From assembly GCA_020137815.1 (NCBI GenBank), contig CM035352.1, forward strand, positions 4,588,001 through 4,652,000: a stretch of DNA of 64,000 nt. The letters are read 5' to 3'. Under the pieces are notes generated by a model. It saw nothing but the letters and a program-made list of their open reading frames with translations. It searched no databases and was not told the origin of the DNA. Below, one piece after another: positions 1-12,974 of this stretch. This DNA is from Hormiphora californensis. Its lineage: Eukaryota > Animalia > Ctenophora. The translations under genes and the position numbers were made by a program. The stretch's first letter is position 1. Each line of letters begins with the position of its first letter.

Positions 1-26
1 CCCGATAAATCAGGGTCCGACTGTAT

Positions 27-3000
27 CTAACAAACTGTCGACCACATTCTTATTACCTTGCCAGCGTCACCACCTTCTTCATCAGAAGCGGGCTGTTTCA
101 GTTGATCGATAACAGCAACAGCTGCCAGATACGCCTCCACAATCTGGGCTTCCTCACAGTCCTGCTGGGGTGTCTCCCTTCTGGCACTCTTTCGACCTGA
201 TTGGGGCGCTGAGGGGTGCAGGGGTGAGGACAGACGGAACATTTCAGGGGAGATGGGATGTAGGGAAGATCGGGATCATGGATGGAAAGTTGACGGATCG
301 AATCTTTTTTGGTGTTGTGAGGTACAAGGACATCATGACCATCGTCGCTAGAAGACTCACTACGAAACATTAATGTACTCACTCTCACGTTCCATTCCCT
401 TTCTTGCTACCAATGGAATTCGTCTCTCTGGTTCCTGTTCTCCGCTCTCTTCAGACTCAACAGCAGGGACTCCGGGCGTTGCCCCACTTGGGCTGGAGCC
501 AACTTTCCCAGCAGAACGGCTTCTCTCACTTCGTGCCGAGGATCTATCTCCTTTCTCATCACTGAAAATTTAATCATGCTGTTTGTGTACAAACAAATAA
601 TCTGATTCTGTAGTTTAGACTCAAGTGGACATAGTCACAGACTAGACTGACACTGACAGTCTGTCAGAAGTTTCCCACGGTCGAACATGCGCGCATGTGG
701 GTTATGCGCGCGAGGTAAACTCTCCATTTGGTTTGGTCCTGTCGTCATGGTGATTTGAGTAGACCCCCCTGACAATATGTAACAACATACCTGGGAGGGA
801 CAGGAGTCTCCGTAGGGGGCAGTTCAACGAGAGGAACTCTAATGAACTCCTTTCGCGGTTCTTCCAGCACTTTACCCTCCACAACTTGGTAGTAGTCTCT
901 AACAAGACGCACAGACCCCTGGTATCGATCAACTTCAGCCTGAAGAGAGTCAGGATTTGAAAATTCTGTCGAATTTTTCCTTACTGTGACAATATACCGA
1001 GACGAGTTAAATCTTTACCTGCATAAGCTGAATATAGTGATTGGTTAGGATTCCTATTCTATCTTCCAGCCACTGCTCAGTAATAATACTTTGTCTCTCT
1101 TCCTCAGCCTCTTCTTTCTTCTTGTCTGAGATATCCCATAACGTCTCCTGAACATCCTAAAATATGGGAGATGTTAGTTCAATTACCTAACTTTTGTAAA
1201 AGGAGGGTTAGAACATTTTTCAGAAGATATGGAAATAAACTACACTTTTGATCAAAACAAGATCCAAACACAAACCTCGACAGTCTGATGTAGCTCAGCC
1301 TTCATTTCCCCATCTTCTCTCATGTCATCAGCGACCGCATTGTAATTCTTGACCCAGCTCGTAACAAACGTTTGCTTGTTATCGGGTCTCTGTAGGAACT
1401 TCACAAAATTCTTCTTCGTAGCGAAGAAATATCGAATAATCGTCTCCCGTTCCTCCCTAATTTTCTTGAAGGTGTGCTTGCAAAGGTCCACGTATGTGTC
1501 CTGAACTAACTCCCACTGCGGGTAGAGGATATTGGCACTGTCAGGGGCGATGGGTTCATTCACATACTCCCATTCATCACTCCCTGGGAGGGTACTAGCT
1601 GAGGATGGCTCCTCAGTAATTGTCTCAGGGACTCCCTCAGGGGCGGCCGGGGTGTCTCCTACTGCAGCTGGGGTTCCAGGAATCCAGGTCTTCTCCAGCA
1701 GCAGGGGTAGCAGGCGTGGCACTATCACCCTCTGGTACGGTGGTGGCTGGGGTCGGTGGGGCCGGGGTCGGGGTCTTCTTTTCGAGAGATTGGACCAGAA
1801 TGTCTTCCACTTTTTCCTCGACATTGCCTGGGAGAGAGATAAATATGAGAAATATGGATAATAGGGAGATGGAGGGAGAAAGAGAGAGAAAGGAGTTGGT
1901 AAAGATCACTTTTGATCGCTATAGCAACTTAAGCCCCCCACAGAGCAATCGCTTACAATGAAAGAGTCTTACATTTCCCTCTCGGAGTATGTGGGATTGA
2001 GCATCAAGGGACTTACTAATTGGGGGCTGAGCATCAAGGGACTTACTAATTGGGGGCTGAGCATCAAGGGACTTACTAATTGGGGGCTGAGCATCAACTG
2101 TAATCAGATTATTGAACATCGAGAACCATTTCTCTAGACGAGGCCATTCCTCTTGATATGTTACCAGTCTGCGTGTTAGAGGAGGAATACATGTTACATG
2201 TTATATGTGTTAGGATGTTGGTTGTAGAGAGTTTTTGTAGCAAGTTATTAAGTTAACATGTAAAAGGAGTTAGAGAAATATATTAAAAAGAAATTGGCTC
2301 CACAGACATGGTCACGAAACAAGTGTTTTACCATTTGTAGAGTTATCTCGACCAAAACGCGGAGTTTTTACGTCAGCCGACCCGAAACCTGATTAAATTT
2401 GGCCACCCGCTGGTCTCAGGGTCTCCAAATATGTCAAAATATGTCTGAATTGTCATTTGGGGTCATTTAGACCTTTTAATTACATGTAATTACCCTTTAA
2501 TTACATGTAATTACCCTTTAATTACATGTAATTACTTCCAATTACATTCCAATTACTTCAGTACCTCGTGAGCTTTCGAACGCACCCTAGAACACCTTTC
2601 TACTGCTTCTAATTGCCGAGATCTGCATACCCCTTATTTTGACTGTTTTTCGCGTCCTACCCCTTATGGGTTTGGGTACGGCCATCGCCGCACCCCCTAT
2701 ACGTCGCGGGACCTCGAGACCTTTCCAACGAGCCATAGAAAACCTCTCTACGACTTCAGGGGGCTTCAAAACTTTCACTCTAAAAATATCTATGGTTTTA
2801 TGGTTTATGGTTTTTTTTCATCTGGTATTAAAGGTTGACAAGATACCTAAAACTTTTCGTATATCGTCTTATTTTGATTTATCATTAATTTTCAGCATTT
2901 TTTCAGAATTTTTTGTCGGCTAGAAAAAAAATTCGAAATAGGGGGTCTACCGATATTGTCAGCACTGGTTTTACTGGGCACACTCACTGCGTCTCGCAAA

Positions 3001-6000
3001 TTGAAATTCACGTTTCCGGTTCCTCAAAAGATAAAGACTTGATCTTGGTTGCGTTGGATTGGTCTCAATAAGACCTTTCCAACGCTACCAAAACGGTTTC
3101 TGTATCTCATCAGGAACCGGAGATATTACGTTATCAATTTTAAAAAAGGCACACTCATTTGTCAGTAGACCCCCTATTTTGCACATATTTCTAGCCGACA
3201 AAAAATTCTGAAAAAATGCTGAAAATTAATGATAAATCAAAATAAGACGATATACGAAAAGTTTTAGGTATCTTGTCAACCTTTAAGGGCCTGTCGGCTC
3301 GGCCCCGTTGTTTTAGGGGGGATGGGTTGAGTTTGGGTTATATTCGGGTCGGGGGGCCTTGCCAGGCCCCGAACACAAAACTAGTTACACAAAACTAGTT
3401 AGGTAAGTACACAAAACAATTGTGTTTTACCATTTGTAGAGTTACACAAAACAGTTACACAAAACAGTTACACACAGTTACCGAGGTTGTATCTGCCGGT
3501 ACGCGTCGTCTTCTACCTCCGATATTTCTGGTCCTGGGCTATAAAAACTAACCCATCAGAACTTTCAAATAGGGCACATTTGGCACAGTGGGACAAGACA
3601 AAGGTGGCCTTCTGACAGATGTGTTTGTGACAAACTCGTATTCTTACTGTTGTGGCATCTCGTTGTTTTCTGCTTGGATCTCGGTGAGGAATGAGGTAGG
3701 TGAAGTTGACATGTTTTCCGGTGATCTGTGAGAGGGGTGAGGGGTGAGGTGAGAGGGGTGAGGGGTGAGGTTGCAATGTGTGAGGGGTGAGGTAGGTGAG
3801 GTTGACATGTTTTCAGGTGATCTGTGAGAGGGATGAGGTGAGAGGGGTGAGGTGAGAGGGGTGAGGTGAGAGGGGTGAGGAATGGGGTAGGTGAGGTTGA
3901 CATGTTTTCAGGTGATCTGTGAGAGATAATACTACGGTTAATGTACCTAGTCCATTATCATGATCTATGAGAGGGATGAGGTTGTTGCAATGTGAACGGG
4001 TCCGACAAGAAAAGTGAAAACTGTAGCATATTGTGTAAATAAATGATCTTAGTAAAAGGAAATAAGTGGACTATGTGAATAACAAGTGATGTGACGTACG
4101 GTTCTTCGAATTGTGTGTCCCGTGATTTACTGAAGAACTGCTGAAGTGTTGGTGATTCGACCTTTCTGTGAGCGTGAAAGAGAGAGGTTATGATGTGAAC
4201 CAAACAGGGTATAGCGAAGATTTAACTGAATCAGACAGAGAATAACGAGGATTTAACTGCATCAAACAGAAACAAACTCCTGTTGCTACTACCAACCCAC
4301 ACTTCACTCCGTCTATTGCTATACACGGCCCCTCTCATATATTCCTAACCCCTGCAGACTATACCTGTGTTTAACGTTGAATTCATCATAAGTAGGTGGA
4401 ACCCCCGTGTAACTGCCCTCAGGAGGTGGTCTGTGCTCTTCATGGTATTCCTCCCCGTTCAGGTGCTTCCTCCGTCCACAGGCCCGTTTCAGAGCAGTTT
4501 TATCCGGTATCGACAAGTGTATCACCACATCAATTCCACTCATTGGTGGTGGTGGCTGGGGGAGGGGGGTCATTGATGAACGAATTATTCTATAATCATC
4601 CCACTCTAATTAGGGAGGGGAGCTAATATCCCAAATCGCTAAAGAGAGGGAACCCTGAAACCAAAGTAAAGATCTTTTATTGACGTATTGGATTAGATTG
4701 GATTGAGCGCCGAGCGGTTGGCATTTTGCCAATTATTGAGGTATATATGACGTAATTACCGGTGTTGGCTTGTCACACTCAGGCTCCTCTACCAGTTGAT
4801 TCTTCTTGCCCTTCTTCTTAGCAGCTGCAGCAGCCTTCCCTGGACTAGGTGTCCTCTGCTGAGATACAGACACCCCAAGGGCACTACTGGGCGTGGCCCG
4901 GTTACTAGCAGGGGTGGATAAGTGGGATGATCTGCTTTCCAGACCTCCATACCCGCTCAGTGCTCTCTCCAGCGCTTTGGCTTGCTTGAGTGTCTTGGGG
5001 AAGTTGTCGATCACCCAGCCAGTGCCCTCAGGAACATTCCTATGGGATGGTGAAATTAAAACGCGTCTAAAACTGCCAACGAGAAGAGTAAACTACCAAA
5101 TTAAACACAACCCAATTAACTACCCAATTAACTACCAAGTTAAGTAATTAATTACCTTATTCCTAGAACCAGTATATCCACCAGAGTGGTGACTCCGATT
5201 GTCTTGCCCTTGCACATGGCCTGTTCGACTAACTTGCCGAGAGCAGCTCTAGGAGAGGGAACCTGTTTAGTGACAGTCTGAAGGGTCGGACCAGGTGATG
5301 GGGCTTCTGGGGTTGCTGGCTCGCCATCAACTGCTGGTGGGGCCTGAGGGTAACATCTAGGTTAGAGTTGTTATGTTCTAACCCTCCTTTACATACCTTA
5401 CTCTCGTTAATTAAGCTCGTATATTTCAAGAAACTTTTAAATAAGAAACTTTTTTTCTAGGAAACTACAGGTGTAGGCAATCCAAAAACAAAAAGAATTT
5501 CTTCTTTAGGGGGGTGCGACATGTTAATTTTGTTAACTTTGTTAATATTAACATCGAGAAAACAGGTGATTTATTAACAAAATTAACAAAAAGTTAACAA
5601 ACGTTAACAAATGCCATTTATGCCATCTAAATCACCTTTAGCGCGTGTTTTTGGTATTTAACACTTGTTCTGCGAGCAAAGTTGTTCCTTTTGCACGATT
5701 TGCACACCCCTACTAACCTCTACTACGGCTTTTCTACAGCGATTTGTTCCATTGTGTACATTTTAATAAAAACTAGCCAAACTAAATCGCAATTGAAGTC
5801 AATTGACCCTAATCCACCTTTTTTAACCCTAAAAACTAAATAAGACGCATAAATTTACCATAAAACAAAAAATATCCCAAAAATCAATTTTTTCTAAAAA
5901 AAACACAAGGATTTGTAGCGAAGCAAATTTTCAATTTTTGACCAAAAAATTGATTTTGGAAATATTTTGTTTCTTTTTCCGACAGAAACATTGTAAATCC

Positions 6001-9000
6001 TCTTCTTTCGTTCAAAGAATCGATTATCAATGAAAAAATCACGTTAAAGTGAGATTTTATACGCTAAATTGAAACATTTGTAACTTTTGGATTTTGATCG
6101 ATTTTGAGCCAAAAAAACATGTATGTCGGACTTTGGTTATCGGAAGAGGCCTAAACCAGTTAAAGTCGTATTATTAACCAATAAGAACAGTATTTGCTGA
6201 TTTGTTAACTTTGTTAATTTTGTTAATTAACGTTAATTAACAAAATCGAAAAAAGAGGTGATTTATTAACAATTAACATGTCGTCCCCCCCCTTCTTTAT
6301 CAAGAAACTAAACAAGTTAGGGGTGTTCTATTTTGTTGTGGTGTCTGTGAATTGTGTGATTTACATTTGAAAAGTTTCTTATAAAAAAGTTTCTTACTAA
6401 AGCGTTTCTTAAAAAACGAGAGTAAGGTATTTTGTAAAGAAGGGTTATGTGAAGTGGAGATATATCACGCCAAATTATAAAATAGAAATGCTATCTAGTG
6501 GGAAGTGACATGAATAGTGATAATAGTAAAGCTCAACAAAAAACAAAAAACATCAAATAATCACGCACAGCAGCAGGTGGTTGTTCTGTAGCAGCCTCCT
6601 CTGTAGCGGGGGGCTGTTCCCCAGACTCTGGGGCAGCAGGTTCCTCAGCAGCTGCAGGTACCTCTACAACCTCAGTTACCTCAACAGTTTCACCCTCCTT
6701 GTAAGCAGTCACTGCCTCGTCAACTAGCATGTCAATATCCAATACTTGTACACGTTTCTGTTGGTAGTTGAGGTATACTATCATTGGTATTCTCATGTAC
6801 TTATAGTACTCATGGTGACTGATTAAATAAGTGCAAAAAAAACCAATTGTAACTTCGTGAATCGTGTTTTTACCTTTGCTGCTAAAGCTTTCAGTATAGA
6901 CGTCTTCCCAGAGAAAGTTTTTCCTATGATACAAGCTTTGACAGGGAACTCAGGAAATTGTGGAGGAGTAGGAGGTTTGGAAGGCGGATAAACGATATCC
7001 GTTAGACGTTTCAAGATGTGTCCAAGTATGAAGTTGTTCTGAAGCGGTAGATGGGGAGATATCTCAGGGTGCTCCACAGCCGGGGCCCACTCTCCCTGTA
7101 GCTCCTTGTATTGGATCATATTGCTCTCGTTCAACACGTGCACTGCCTCACTGTCGTCTTCTACTGGTGCTATCTGACCCGTGTTCTCCGTGTAGAACCG
7201 TCTACCCGCCACAAACAGAGACTGAAGGGGAGAGTATCATTATTGTGTCGTTATAAAACTTGAAGCGAACAGCTATTCTAGTAGTCTCTGTTTGTCCAGG
7301 TCGACAAACTGGATTAGTTTAGAGAAAGCTATAGCCTACAAACTAAGTTTATTATTAATCCTCACCTTCCACTCTCGCCACATTTGTGTGGGGATGGGCT
7401 GCTCGCTAAGCTCCTTATAATGCCCAGCGATGCAAGCAAAATCTACAATCTGCAGAAGGACATCTTTGCACATGCTATATCGTCTGTTGTACTTGGCCTC
7501 CTGGTTCTGCTGCATGATGGACTCATGGCGGGCCAACTCCTTAGCGAATTGGTCCTCGTACTCCTTCTTTCGGAGTCGAGCTACTTCAGCCTCATGGTTG
7601 AGAGCCTCGTCAAAGTCTTGGAGTCTCCGCTGCATGTACTGCTGTTCACGTTGTAGCCTGTAACGGAGATAGTGGGGTTGAGGCGTTGGTGTTTTTCCTG
7701 TAGGCTGAACAAGATGGGAAAGCAGCATGGGGGCTTGGTATATATCCGATTACCTACTGATATATTTTGTGATCAACAGTTTGATCTCTTAGTTATAACT
7801 ACCTATTATTTCGGATAACATCCTTCTCCAGTCTGACTTGGAGAAGTTGAAGTGCAATCCTCCTCTCCAACTGACTTTGTCTCATTAGACACGTGACTAA
7901 CATGTCCTCGTGTTTGGATTGTTCAATGGACTCATGAGATGCCAGTTGTTCAACAAGAACCCTCCTACGACGCTTCTCACGCTCCTGAAAAAACACCGAA
8001 TTTAATTTTAGCGAGCCCTAGATTGTATGTGAAATTACTCAATCCCGATAACATCTAGAAAATTTAATTTTTAAATTACCAACCTTTCTAGCTAAGGCGT
8101 CATCGCACAGCCTCATGCGGATCTTTGAGATGTACTCTGCATTTTGTTCAGGCTTCATGACGGTCACTCTGTTATCTTTCAGTGTTATCTTTTGATCCTT
8201 TAGACCACCTTCACCGCGAATGTAGGAACTGGGGAGAGAAGTCAGTATTAGTGGGAAATTAGTTCACCGCCAGATAGGAGATAGGAGTTTGAGGGGAGAG
8301 GGACATTATAGGAAGGCATGTTGAAGTTCCAAAAGTGGAAATGAAGGAGAGAACTGACTAGAGAACAAGGAAAACTAAAATTTGTGAAGAACACTGAAAA
8401 ACTTCGAAATCAAACTATATTTTTACAGTACAATTTGAAAGAAAAAACCCTCAAATACACATTTTTACAACCAACCTTAGCCGAGACTTGAGAGAAAACA
8501 AGGCAATTCAAACTAACAAGCATGGAAAGAAATGTTGTGAAGCAAAGAGGCCTGTTTTTAAATTGTCTCGAATCGCTATGAGAGACACATAAGATACACG
8601 CTATCCACACACTCTCTGATCGAGCTGCATCACAGTACCACAGCACTATAACAGTACAGCACAGCTGTAGTACAGTACAGCTTACGAAACCTTCCACTCT
8701 AATAGAACAGATAGAAGGTACCGGGTACCCCCGCCCCTAAGAAATGGCAGAAGGTAACCCTCTAAGAAATGGCAGTACCACTAATCTGCACCAAGTCAGG
8801 TTGTGTAGCTACAGGTTCATCACGTGACCCCCGGGACTGCCTTCTAGCAGGTCTCCTATCATGAACACTGGATATCCGCCTGACGATATCCACAGGTGAG
8901 TTACCCCCTCCTATCCGCAGACCCTCCAACATCGTGGAGGAGAGCTGGTCAGGAGAGGACGAGCCGGATGTTGGACGATTTAATACGGGCAGTTTGTTGC

Positions 9001-12000
9001 GTCTCTTAGTACCAGGTCCCGGCGGTGGTCTTATCATTGGTGGTGTATCAGGGGGTGATGCAGTGGAACCGACAAACAAACCAACAGGGTTCATGTTGTT
9101 GGGTTGTTGCGGTGGACGTGATCTCTGTCTACCGCTGATAATCCCACGTTCATGTGACGTCATTCCTGTTGTCATGGTGGTTGCCATGGCATTTGATGAC
9201 GTCACCACGCTATTTCCTGCCAGGGAGAACTCAATTGTCTCCATGGGTGTTTCTTCCTCTTTCTTGGTGTTGTACCGGCGTGTGGGAACTCGTTTTCGGG
9301 TCGGGAGAGTGACCACAACAGTTTCGTTACAGATCGGGCAGTAATCGTGGGTATGGGACAACCAGTTCTCCGCACACACCTGGAGTGGATGGTTGGTTTT
9401 TAATAGCTTCTAATAGCAATTAAAGAAGAGGAATGGTATGCTATAATTGCATTTTAGTGCTGCTAAAACTTTGTTTTCTTTCATTTATTTACCTTATGAA
9501 AGCGATGTGTACAGGGTAACTCCACCACATGTTGTGAGATAACATACCCCGCTAAACACAACCCACAATGAACCTCCCTCTGCTTCAACATAGCACTATT
9601 TTTGTTCAACATGATACTTTTTAACCCCGCCAACTCCTTCGATGTGAGTCCTCCTGTTCCCGAGGGGGCATCAAGCGCCAGAAGTGTATCATAGTCCCCG
9701 TCCGATATCTCCCTACCCTGTAACTCATTCGCCAGTGCCGGGGTAATCTGAGCGAGGTCTCGGACAGCAGGTCTCCACCGGTGCGATGATTTCTCCCTAA
9801 ACTGAAAGGGGTGTTCGTTGTGTGTCGGGGTTGAGAAACACTTCATACACAGGCTATACTGATCACATATGGTGCAGACATAGTGTTTCCCTGCAATTGG
9901 GGTGGTGTTGCAATGGTTACACCTTGTACCCGGGTGTACATCTCTCCGGAACGCCGTCTTCTTTAGATGATCCGTCATTATCATTTTGAGTGTTCCAAAG
10001 TCAGCCCTACACATGGGACATTTGATCTTGCTCCCCTGGGACAATTGGTGGTCCGCCCACACCTTCATACATTTGCTGTGGATGGAGTGCCCGCAGCTGT
10101 ACCTGCAGTACGTTAACTGTTGGGTTGAGGACATATCATCCTGACAAATTGGACAGTTATCTCCCTCCTCTATAGGTCGCGGTTCAACTGTCCCTTGTTC
10201 TGTATCACTGTTAGTGTTTGATGTGTTCACTGTTGGTGTTGTGGCCCTTAGAGTCCTGCTCCTTTCCCGACTCCTAACCAGCTGTCCAACCTCCCGTTCA
10301 TTGAGGCCACCCTGCCAGCTGATTGGATTCTCAGCCGGGATCCGGAATACCCTTAACACAACCCACAAGATGTGGACACAAAGCTCCCGCTCCTTTAGGA
10401 ATGTGGAACAGGAGCAAGTAGACGGATCACCCAGACTAACACGAAGTTTCTTTGGACTATCCTGTTCCCTGAGTATAAATGCAGTTGGTCCGCTCTCCTG
10501 AAGGACGTATAGGCGAGCCTGCATGGCCTGTACCTGTCTCCAGTGTACAACATCGGAGCAGTTTCGTCGCCAGGCAACCGATCTAGACATAACTATATAG
10601 GAGAAGTGGTGGATTTTAGAAAAAGTAGGGGAGCCAAGACACAATTGAATATAAATGGGCGGAATGCTAAGAGCTGGAGATACGGTAGAGAAGTGGTTTA
10701 AAAGAATATTGTTCTAAGATTTCACAGAGAAAGGGATCATACTCAAGAGAGATATCAGACCAACTAAGATGACGAACTATTACTTTTCTCTAAGGGAGAC
10801 TAATATTATAAGCGAGGGACACGATCAGGTCCCGCCTCTATGCACGTTGAGGGTTTTAAAACTCGATAGTGTGGTCAGACACACTAATAATTCAAACTGC
10901 AACGCAGTGCACTTTTACCGACACCATCTCTCCGCCGCATACAGACAAGTAAAAGATAGACATTGCGACAAGAGGAAGTCTTCACAGTATAATAGGGTCT
11001 AGAGGGAAGGACCAAGTAAGGGGCCTAGCGAGAAAGAGAGACATCTAGTCTAGTAGTGAAGACACTAGTAGGTATAATAACAGGGTCTGAACTCTGAAGA
11101 CTACAGAACTTAACAGAAAATGGTATCTGATGGTGTGTGTCTAAAGGGAAGAGAGAGAGAAGAAGAGAGATATGTTCTCAGTTCTAGCTAGTCCCGAGAA
11201 GGTACCTGAAAGTGTTCATTGTGACAGCACTACGAGATCCACCCATTTCTCTGTTCTGCTCAAAGCCATCCAAACTATTGTAGGTATCCCTGACGATCTT
11301 ATTGGTTATCTGGGCTCGCTTCATATCCTGGGCTTCCTTCACCTTTTGCTGTGGATTTTAAACGGAGCTGTTATGAAAGGTCTCTGTAATTGTGGTAGAA
11401 ATAGTTATTGGTAATGAGGGGAGTTTCTTTGTTTGTAGGTACAGTCGGACCCCGATTTACCGGAACCTCGATTTACCGGGAGGATAAACTTCCCCCGATG
11501 TAAATCGGGGATCCGACTGTAGTAGAAACTGTTGACTTACATCGAACACCTTTGTGCGGGGTTTTGGTGATTTTCCAATCTTGTTCATCAGCTCCTTTTG
11601 CTCCAAGATTATTTTCTTGGACTGAAATTAGAAACAGTTAGCATGTTGATTGTCGAAACAATGCCAATCATAAGGTGACTCTTGTGTGACTCAATCCGTC
11701 ATTTTATTTAATAAAATGACAGGGTTCGGTAGATCAGGGTGACTTACCCTTTCCGCTTTTTGGTGACGGAGAGCTTGCATGACTTTGTAACTTTCATCTT
11801 CAGCCGCTTTTCTGGAGGGGAATAGGAGAATAAAATACCTTTCTAAGGGTGGAATCTAAACCAAAACAGGCAAATGAAAAAATGTCGCTACACGTCTAGT
11901 TATTATCATTTTAGCAGTGTTAGCAGATGATCTATCAAATTAATAAGATAGTGTACTACATACTCAGCATTGAGTGCTTTTTCCAGATTTTCCAGTCGCT

Positions 12001-12974
12001 TTTTGTCGAACGTCTTCACCAGTTCTTCCATGTCAACTTGAATTTGACGAGGAAACTGCTGTCGTAGACGCTAAAAATGAACATTGTTCATTTTCCTTGT
12101 TCATTGAACAAGGGGTGTGAGTATAGTTTCCACTGAAACTCTTACTATGTTCTAATCTAACCCTCCTTTACAATTGTAAAAGTTTCGCTGTGCGGGGCGT
12201 GGTGAGACAGGGTCGATCAGTCAACCAGGGGCAATAAAACTTACATTTTGGTAAAATTCAGCGTTAGCAGTTTCAAGGGTCATTTTCTGGGAGCTCTTCA
12301 TTGCTTCCATGGCATGGCTCGTTAGGTTTTGTTGTTCCTTCCTGTTGAGCGCAATGAACAGCTGGTACATGAGTTTTGTCACCGCACCTGGTTTCTCTCG
12401 CATTACATCCGCCACCTGATATAATGGCAAATTATAACCGTAATAACCGTGGTGTCAGTCAGTGGGTGCAGAAGTGAATAACTAATTGTATAATCGTGGG
12501 ACGGGCGTCTTTAGAACATTGAATGTTTGTTGTGTTGTAACTTACAATGTTAGAGTTGAAGGGGACCTGGAGAAGTCGCAAGCTTGGTTCAAGCCTGCTG
12601 AAGTTGTTTAACTTCGCATCCGTGTTCCTAAAACGATGTTACTATAACTTCGTCAAAAAGCGATTTGGTTAGTAGCTAATTGGGTAATTAGGTGCCGTCT
12701 AGTTACCAATTAGGTCTAGGTACTTACGATCCAGGGGAAAATGATTTAAAGTCTTCCTGAAGGCCATATTTACTCATCAGTTCACCCAACAAGAATCCAG
12801 ACCCAAACGCCTTTGTGAAGTTTACCGAATCTGGAAATAATAATTGATAATTCACCTCAGTGCGACTATTAAAAACCTTGATCAAGTGGGTTCTTAATGG
12901 TAGGAAAATGACTTACCGATTTTTTCGGATAACTTCACATTCTCGTTGAGCCATTTGCACAGAATATCTGTCAT
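27..12974 (-). CDS. SPEF2: Sperm flagellar protein 2 (multi-exon, 3' end beyond window start)
   Basis: ATG at 12974. Spliced exons (12917-12974, 12728-12830, 12546-12627, ~12245-12415 ...) read MTDILCKWLNENVKLSEKI-DSVNFTKAFGSGFLLGELMSKYGLQEDF...AKLNNFSRLEPSL...EKPGAVTKLMYQLFIAL, the SPEF2 CH-like N-terminus. Further exons give EREKRRRRVLVEQL...LMRQSQLERRIALQL (7803-7984), an adenylate-kinase-like P-loop IIGKTFSGKT (~6900-6935), HRPPPEGSY and WPRLEKWF. GT-AG sites are phase-consistent. One 1-nt frameshift near 1684. Confidence 0.93.
1998..2097 (-). repeat. 30-bp tandem repeat triplicating a SPEF2 splice donor
   Basis: (GAGCATCAAGGGACTTACTAATTGGGGGCT)x3; GTAAGT donors at 2076, 2046 and 2016 on the minus strand. 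Confidence 0.9.
2346..3384 (+). mobile_element. Non-autonomous Helitron
   Basis: Starts TC after A and ends CTAG before T. GC hairpin GGGGCCTTGCCAGGCCCC ~10 nt before the end; subterminal inverted repeat CGACCCGAA/TTCGGGTCG; internal short tandem repeats at 2475-2540. Confidence 0.7.
2832..3282. mobile_element. Kolobok-like MITE nested in the Helitron
   Basis: TTAA TSD (2828-2831 / 3283-3286); ~120-bp TIRs beginning AGGTTGACAAGATACC. Confidence 0.8.
3695..3925. repeat. Compound tandem repeat (GGTGAGAGG / GTTGACATGTTTTCAGGTGATCTGTGAGAG)
   Basis: Three long units interleaved with short G-rich units in a SPEF2 intron. Confidence 0.8.
5509..6291. mobile_element. Merlin/MULE-like MITE, inside an older TIR element (~5380-6445)
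   Basis: GGGGGGTGCGACATGTTAAT...ATTAACATGTCGTCCCCCCC; 8-bp TSD CTTCTTTA. The outer element has imperfect TIRs (TACCTTACTCTCGTT / AACGAGAGTAAGGTA). Confidence 0.7.
8762..10590 (-). CDS. ZSWIM2: ZSWIM2/MEX-like E3 ubiquitin ligase (SWIM, RING, ZZ, RING), 2 exons, nested in a SPEF2 intron
   Basis: Exon 1 9493-10590 (MSRSVAWRR...; SWIM CSC..CVH; RING CPIC..CGHSIH..CPMC; ZZ CNHC..CTIC..CMKC..H..H). Exon 2 8762-9379 completes the second RING (CTHRFHK|VCAENWL..CPIC). Lies within SPEF2 intron 8229-11205. Confidence 0.92.
11442..11519. mobile_element. pogo/Tc1-type MITE family CAGTCGGACCCCGATTTA
   Basis: TA TSD and TIRs; other copies at 1-23 (partial), 41147-41317, 50875-50942, 53753-53924, 58158-58217. 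Confidence 0.8.
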
